From: a virus
IMG/VR virus record: IMGVR_UViG_3300013102_000030
Coordinates: 32,001 to 96,000 of that record
Direction: 5' to 3' (one strand)
Length of the DNA: 64,000 bases
Shown: one piece after another, positions 59,316 to 64,000 of the stretch
How positions within the stretch are numbered: position 1 is the stretch's first letter
Layout of the letters: each line of letters starts with the position of its first letter
Translations under genes and position numbers: made by a program
Notes under the pieces: generated by a model
Databases searched by the model: none
What the model saw: only the letters and a program-made list of their open reading frames with translations
Told to the model about the DNA's origin: nothing

Positions 59316-59388
59316 GCCTCAATAGCTCAGTGGATAGAGCACTTGCCTACGGAGCAAGGTGTCGGGAGTTCGAATCTCTCTTGGGGTA
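59316..59388 (+). tRNA. tRNA-Arg(ACG)
   Basis: CTTGC-CTACGGA-GCAAG. Confidence 0.93.
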
Positions 59389-59450
59389 CTGGATGTTTGG
59401 AAGGAACCGGAAAGCTGGGTTGATCGGTGTGACGGGAGCCAAACATCTCT

Positions 59451-59535
59451 GGAAGTGTGCCAGAGCGGTCTAATGGGCATCACTGCTAATGATGAGCGTG
59501 TAACAGCGCCGCAGGTTCGAATCCTGTCACTTCCG
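59451..59535 (+). tRNA. tRNA-Ser(GCT)
   Basis: CATCA-CTGCTAA-TGATG, variable arm. Confidence 0.93.
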
Positions 59536-59536
59536 C

Positions 59537-59914
59537 GTGAATACTACAAACAAGAAACTGCTTGAGGAAGAGCTTGAACTCCTCAAGAACGCAAAAGATC
59601 GAACACTCAGGTCATGCCTCATGGCAGGTATCCTCCACATTCCTGAAGGACTGACGTTCTGGAACTCAGACACAGATGAAGATCCAAGGAATGCTTTCGT
59701 GGAAGAGCTTTCGGATGCTCTAGTTGAGCAGACGAAGGGGGACATCGATAGCATAGCCACTTACGCTCCGATCATCATTCAGGGTCCGGTGGAGTTGCTA
59801 CGAGAAGTCCGACTTCAGAAGTTCGGTGACTCCCACTTTCTGGAAGTCCTACAGGATCGAATCGATGTCATTGAAAGCCGACTTGCGTTGATCGAAGAGG
59901 CCGTGGTACAATAG
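59537..59914 (+). CDS. Hypothetical protein
   Basis: 125 aa; GTG start abuts the tRNA-Ser 3' end. Confidence 0.65.
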   Translation: MNTTNKKLLEEELELLKNAKDRTLRSCLMAGILHIPEGLTFWNSDTDEDPRNAFVEELSDALVEQTKGDIDSIATYAPIIIQGPVELLREVRLQKFGDSHFLEVLQDRIDVIESRLALIEEAVVQ

Positions 59915-59926
59915 ATACACACGTTC

Positions 59927-60012
59927 GGGCGTGTGGCGGAATGGTAGACGCGCTAGCTTGAGGTGCTAGTGGGCTGAAAATGCCCGTGTGGGTTCGACTC
60001 CCATCATGCCCA
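59927..60012 (+). tRNA. tRNA-Leu(GAG)
   Basis: CTAGC-TTGAGGT-GCTAG. Confidence 0.93.
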
Positions 60013-60128
60013 CGACTTTTTGGTTTCTTACGTCTGGCAAAGGAACTAGGGTGGCAACCTGACTGGTCTAGAACAGTCTAATTGCTGGGTTTAGCTCACC
60101 CGTGATGTGCACGTCCAAAGAAGCTGCT

Positions 60129-60210
60129 GGGTGCGTGGCGGAATGGCAGACGCGCAGGGTTTAGGTTCCTGTGTCTTTATGGCGTGTGAGTTCAAGTCTC
60201 ACCGTGCCCA
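60129..60210 (+). tRNA. tRNA-Leu(TAG)
   Basis: CAGGG-TTTAGGT-TCCTG. Confidence 0.92.
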
Positions 60211-60213
60211 CGA

Positions 60214-60383
60214 TAGCGGATGGCACCGCTACCCCTACCTCAGGGTGAAGAGGGGTCTCAGTTGGTGGACCTAAAAGGGCTAACAGGGTTCAGTCGGAGA
60301 ACGCTATGACGTGAGTCAGGTAGATCGACAGGTGGCGACTCCCTAAAGTAGTCACGGTGATGGATGCCAGTCCTAGTCCGTTA
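60214..60383 (+). ncRNA. Candidate multibranched ncRNA (170 nt)
   Basis: Closing stem TAGCGGA/TCCGTTA with at least five internal hairpins; fills the inter-tRNA gap. Confidence 0.5.
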
Positions 60384-60384
60384 C

Positions 60385-60458
60385 GCCTCCATAGCTCAGC
60401 AGGATAGAGCAGCGGCCTTCTAATCCGCAGGTCGTTGGTTCGAATCCAACTGGGGGCA
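60385..60458 (+). tRNA. tRNA-Arg(TCT)
   Basis: GCGGC-CTTCTAA-TCCGC. Confidence 0.92.
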
Positions 60459-60459
60459 C

Positions 60460-60558
60460 TGAACGGTCAAGGAGTCGGTAAGATTGCGTTGCCACAGTTT
60501 CACCTGTAGACTCTTTGCAGGGTGATATCGTCGTCGCAAAGGCACGTAACACCGTTCA
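60460..60558 (+). ncRNA. Candidate structured ncRNA (99 nt)
   Basis: Closing stem TGAACGGT/ACCGTTCA with nested helices. Confidence 0.5.
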
Positions 60559-60562
60559 ACAT

Positions 60563-60634
60563 GGATCTGTAGCTCAGAGGCAGAGCACCGCACTCTTAAT
60601 GCGGGGGTCGAGATTTCGAAATTCTCCGGGTCTA
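60563..60634 (+). tRNA. tRNA-Lys(CTT)
   Basis: CCGCA-CTCTTAA-TGCGG. Confidence 0.9.
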
Positions 60635-60654
60635 CTCAACAACTGAATATCAAT

Positions 60655-60738
60655 GGGGTCGTGCGCTGAGCGGACGAAGGCACCTGACTGTAAATCAGGC
60701 ACAAAGACACATCGTAGGTTCGAATCCTACCGGCCCCA
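60655..60738 (+). tRNA. tRNA-Tyr(GTA)
   Basis: CCTGA-CTGTAAA-TCAGG. Confidence 0.92.
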
Positions 60739-60745
60739 CTCTCTC

Positions 60746-60819
60746 GCCTCTATAGCTCAGGTCGGCAGAGCAGCGTACTTTTAATACGCGGGTCCTCGGT
60801 TCAAATCCGAGTGGGGGCA
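60746..60819 (+). tRNA. tRNA-Lys(TTT)
   Basis: GCGTA-CTTTTAA-TACGC. Confidence 0.93.
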
Positions 60820-60874
60820 CTACGGTACTAAGCATACTGTATAATTGGGTGTATCCAACAACCAAGGATACACT

Positions 60875-61108
60875 ATGAAGAAATTCTTTGCCAAAATCCG
60901 AGACCTACTTCACGATCCAAAATTCACCACTGAGTTTCACAAATGGGCAACCATCGTTTGGATACTCCTGATCATCCCGTCCGTCCTCTTCTGGAGTCAG
61001 ACAATCATGTGGGTTGTTCTGATGTCAGTTTGGGCTAATATCGCTGGTCACTGGTCAGCGTACCAAGCCTCTCGTGCTGAACTCAAGCAGGACGAACACA
61101 ACAAGTAA
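60875..61108 (+). CDS. Small membrane protein
   Basis: ATG at 60875 after AAGGA; Trp-rich hydrophobic segments. Confidence 0.7.
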   Translation: MKKFFAKIRDLLHDPKFTTEFHKWATIVWILLIIPSVLFWSQTIMWVVLMSVWANIAGHWSAYQASRAELKQDEHNK

Positions 61109-61199
61109 GTAAGTCAATTTGTCACTCAAGCAGTCGGGTGATATAATTGACTCAAGTCAACCTCCGGTTCGCTGGAGGTTTTGTTGTTTGGAGAACAAA

Positions 61200-61388
61200 A
61201 TGCCACAGTCACGCGAAGACAGGATCTACCTCGCCTACAAAGCCTGCAAGAAACAGTGGGCTAAGGAAGAGGTTGGGCAACTGCACGCGCATGCTGTGGT
61301 TGAGGTAGGACGCAGATTCTCCCTCTCCCCAATCAAGGTTCAACAAATCGTCAACGAACGTCGGGACGAGAACCGAAAGAACAAGTAG
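61200..61388 (+). CDS. Small hypothetical protein (possible HTH)
   Basis: MPQSREDR..VGRRFSLSPIKVQQIV; GGAG RBS. Confidence 0.6.
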   Translation: MPQSREDRIYLAYKACKKQWAKEEVGQLHAHAVVEVGRRFSLSPIKVQQIVNERRDENRKNK

Positions 61389-61538
61389 CAAGCACAGCGG
61401 ACAAGGCTTTGGCACGTGATCCGGGAAACGGTAGCAGGAGACCTCACGGTCGTTTTGACTACGCCGCAACTGGAAACAAAGTGGTGGGATGCGCGTGGCT
61501 GACCAGCTTGCTACTTTTGCTATACCCTAAAGGAAATA

Positions 61539-61940
61539 ATGAACACTGTAGAATATCGGTACAAAGCAGCAATAGATCGCTGGGTGGATGGGGACACCGT
61601 TGATCTATACGTGGATCTAGGATTCCACACTTACATCAAAACCAGATTCCGTCTCTACGGTATCGACACTCCGGAGCGCGGTCAACTCCTGTGGGCAGAA
61701 GCCACAGCAGCCGCAAAGCATATGGCTCCTGAGGGAACAGACGTTGTGATCGATGTCTTCAAGGATGCTGACAAGTACGGACGATGGCTGGTGAACATCA
61801 AACTCGATGAACAGACCGTCAACGATGCTCTGGTGGCCGCAGGACTGGCCCGAGAGTATGACGGAGGAACAAAGACATGGGCAGCACTTCTCCGCTCTGG
61901 TGAGGCTGCTGAATACATAGGAGAGCCTATCAATGCCTAA
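61539..61940 (+). CDS. Staphylococcal nuclease (thermonuclease)-like protein
   Basis: VDGDTVD, RLYGIDTPE, DKYGRWL, LV..GLA..Y.GG. Confidence 0.92.
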   Translation: MNTVEYRYKAAIDRWVDGDTVDLYVDLGFHTYIKTRFRLYGIDTPERGQLLWAEATAAAKHMAPEGTDVVIDVFKDADKYGRWLVNIKLDEQTVNDALVAAGLAREYDGGTKTWAALLRSGEAAEYIGEPINA

Positions 61941-62379
61941 TGACTACTCAAAGTCTGTAGGAATCATGTTCCCGTCCTCATGGCCTGAGGATAAGGACGA
62001 CGCACACTGTACTCTCATCTATCTGGGAGACATGGACGCGCTAACCTGTACCCGTGAGGATCTGGAGATCGTAGTCAAGCGCCTTGACACACGTGCTCCG
62101 GAAGAAGTCATCGTTACTGGAGTGGACCTGTTTGGGCCGGAGAAGAACGTTCTGGTTGCAACACTGGACCCGATCAAGCTCCAGCCGATCCGTGATTCCT
62201 TTGAGCGTACGCTTGCCAAGATCAACGTCTTCAACGGAAGCCAGTACACGGATTACAATCCGCACGTGACCATCACCGAAGAGTTCGGTGGAACTATGGA
62301 AAATGCCATCGAAGACACGAAGCTTCCGCGCACTGTTTTCCTTGGAAAGCCGCGTCTGTGGTGGGGAAACGAGCATTGA
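61933..62379 (+). CDS. 2H phosphoesterase (LigT / 2'-5' RNA ligase fold)
   Basis: Two HxT motifs: AHCTLIYLG and YNPHVTI. Confidence 0.85.
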   Translation: MPNDYSKSVGIMFPSSWPEDKDDAHCTLIYLGDMDALTCTREDLEIVVKRLDTRAPEEVIVTGVDLFGPEKNVLVATLDPIKLQPIRDSFERTLAKINVFNGSQYTDYNPHVTITEEFGGTMENAIEDTKLPRTVFLGKPRLWWGNEH

Positions 62380-62458
62380 GCTTGACTTTCTGATCATCTC
62401 GTGATAGTGCCATTCTGCTATACTGTATCTATTGACATACAGTATATGGAGAACTACA

Positions 62459-64000
62459 ATGGCACTTTCATGGCCTGTTGACGCACCAGTCACGCAGCAG
62501 TTTGGTAGCAACCCAAACTCCATCCAGCCAAACGGGCACACGGGTGTTGACTTTGGCGTACCTGAAGGAACTGCTATCTACGCAGCAGACTCGGGTAACA
62601 TCGAATTTGAGGGATGGGCTTCCACCCTTAGCTCAGCAAACCCGTGGTGGATCGCTCCTGCCTACGCTGGTATTCTTGTCATCATCAACCACAATGACGG
62701 ATTCATGTCCGTCTACGGCCACCTTAGCAGCACTACAGTAGACAACGGACAGTTTGTCGAAAAGGGCCAGCTAATCGGATACTCAGGAACCACAGGTCTG
62801 TCAACCGGGCCTCACCTTCACTTTGAGATCTTCCAGTGGCCTCTTCAGCCATACAACGGCTACTACGGTCGTGTCAATCCAAACCTATACGTCGGCGGAT
62901 TTGCTGGCGCTCCTGAGGTTGCTGGAAACCAGCGCGTCGTTGGAGAGTATGGCGTAAAGGAACGCACGGCAGCAAGCACAGCTTCTGCTGAAGGCCGAAC
63001 CTTTGCTCACGGAGATGTCCTTACGTTCAAGGGCTTTGTCCGTGGCGAGAACGTCAACGGCAGTGACATCTGGTTCGTTGGAGGATACTCCGGAACATTC
63101 TTCCATTCCTCCGCGTTTGATGACAACGGAACCCATGACCTACAGGATCTCACTCCTGCCCCTGCTCCGGTCACTATTGGTGTGACTCAGCGCAAGGTAG
63201 GATCTGCTGTCATCCGCTACCGTAAGGATGCGAACACCAGCGCAGAGATCATTCAGGAGTTCCAGCCCGGAGATGTCCTAAACTTCTCTGCATTCAAGCG
63301 TGGGCAGGATATCAGTGGAAACAACGTCTGGTTCAAGGGTGCAATCTCCGGAGGTTATGCTTGGTCCGGTGGTTTCGAAGACCAGTCTACAACAGGTCTG
63401 CCTGAGGAAGCAACATCTGCTCCTGCTCCTGCTCCGACTCCAACGCCTGCTCCTGCTCCAGAGCCTGAGAAGTACTCCTTTGTCAAAGACTTTGACTTTG
63501 TTGAGTACATCCCAGCACAGGGAGACAAGTTCCAGTACGGAAACTTCCCGGAGAAGCCCGAGAAGGTAGTCATTCACCAGTTCGGTACAGTCGGAATCGA
63601 CACGATCAACAGTACGATCAACACCTTCACGAATCCGACAGCCCGTCAGGCATCCGCACACTTCGTTGTGTCAGGCAAGCGTATTGTTCAGATGGTCTCC
63701 CTGAAGGATCGTGCTTATCACGCAGGTAAGGGCGGCAATAACTGGGTAGGCATCGAGACCGATCCGGCACAGGATGCTGATACCACTGCGTCCACCAAGA
63801 GACTGCTTGCAGCCCTCAAGGAAAAGTACGGTTACGAGCTTGTCAAGATCCTGCACAAGGATGTTCCGGAAGCAACCACGAACTGTGGAGCTTCCATCAC
63901 ACTGTCCAAGTACAATCTGGATACTCCGGTCATCATCGTACCGGCCCCAACTCCGGACCCTACACCAGCGGACATTCCATCCACTCCGGTTGTTACTCCG
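62459..64000 (+). CDS. Endolysin, 3'-truncated: M23 peptidase, two SH3-like repeats, amidase-2
   Basis: Translated by hand from ATG 62459: HTGVDF, YGHL, TGPHLHFE; repeats ending V.G.DIWF / ISGNNVWF; VVIH..SAHFVV..AYHAG..GIE..LHKD..TNCG. No stop before the window ends, hence absent from the ORF track. Confidence 0.9.
   Translation, partial: MALSWPVDAPVTQQFGSNPNSIQPNGHTGVDFGVPEGTAIYAADSGNIEFEGWASTLSSANPWWIAPAYAGILVIINHNDGFMSVYGHLSSTTVDNGQFVEKGQLIGYSGTTGLSTGPHLHFEIFQWPLQPYNGYYGRVNPNLYVGGFAGAPEVAGNQRVVGEYGVKERTAASTASAEGRTFAHGDVLTFKGFVRGENVNGSDIWFVGGYSGTFFHSSAFDDNGTHDLQDLTPAPAPVTIGVTQRKVGSAVIRYRKDANTSAEIIQEFQPGDVLNFSAFKRGQDISGNNVWFKGAISGGYAWSGGFEDQSTTGLPEEATSAPAPAPTPTPAPAPEPEKYSFVKDFDFVEYIPAQGDKFQYGNFPEKPEKVVIHQFGTVGIDTINSTINTFTNPTARQASAHFVVSGKRIVQMVSLKDRAYHAGKGGNNWVGIETDPAQDADTTASTKRLLAALKEKYGYELVKILHKDVPEATTNCGASITLSKYNLDTPVIIVPAPTPDPTPADIPSTPVVTP

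Noticed and set aside
60129-60210. tRNA with TAG anticodon as an amber suppressor or sign of recoding
   Set aside because: Anticodon TAG reads Leu CTA. No CTA, TTA or TCA anticodon is present, and genes use all three stop codons normally.
56330-60558. tmRNA, group I intron or known ribozyme among the inter-tRNA elements
   Set aside because: No alanine-type acceptor with a tag ORF, too short for a group I intron, and no hammerhead or HDV core could be identified by eye. An Rfam scan is needed to exclude them formally.
60875-61108. Holin assignment for the small membrane protein
   Set aside because: It is not adjacent to the endolysin and has no diagnostic features; left as hypothetical.

Overview
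This is a 64-kb internal segment of a large, apparently lytic siphovirus, most likely infecting an actinobacterial host (inferred from gene families, class Ib RNR and promoter style). All credible genes are on the + strand. Gene order: a 5'-truncated giant multidomain protein (two ADP-ribosyltransferase-like domains plus a UvrD-like helicase); head genes (protease, two capsid proteins); tail genes (major tail protein, frameshifting chaperone, 1918-aa tape measure, and a ~3600-aa fibre split by a 1-nt frameshift); DNA replication and nucleotide metabolism (Pol A, RuvC-like nuclease, SNF2, ThyX, Cas4-like nuclease, Sak4-like ATPase, SSB, MazG-like, nrdHIEF); a ~9-kb RNA island (51.9-60.8 kb); a thermonuclease, a 2H phosphoesterase and a 3'-truncated endolysin. 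The RNA island is the standout. It holds 22 tRNA genes, none with an encoded CCA, and a Ro60/TROVE gene flanked by SEVEN Y-RNA-like genes. These share one covarying scaffold ([P1]GAAGYG..[P2]-TACTTC-cargo-[P2']..TTCTC[P1']) but carry different cargo domains: two circularly permuted tRNA mimics, two partial mimics, one repeat-bearing domain and two near-empty ones. The island also contains a tRNA-like RNA with an extra arm and several unclassified closed-stem RNAs between tRNAs. All structures were folded by eye; no database searches were run.
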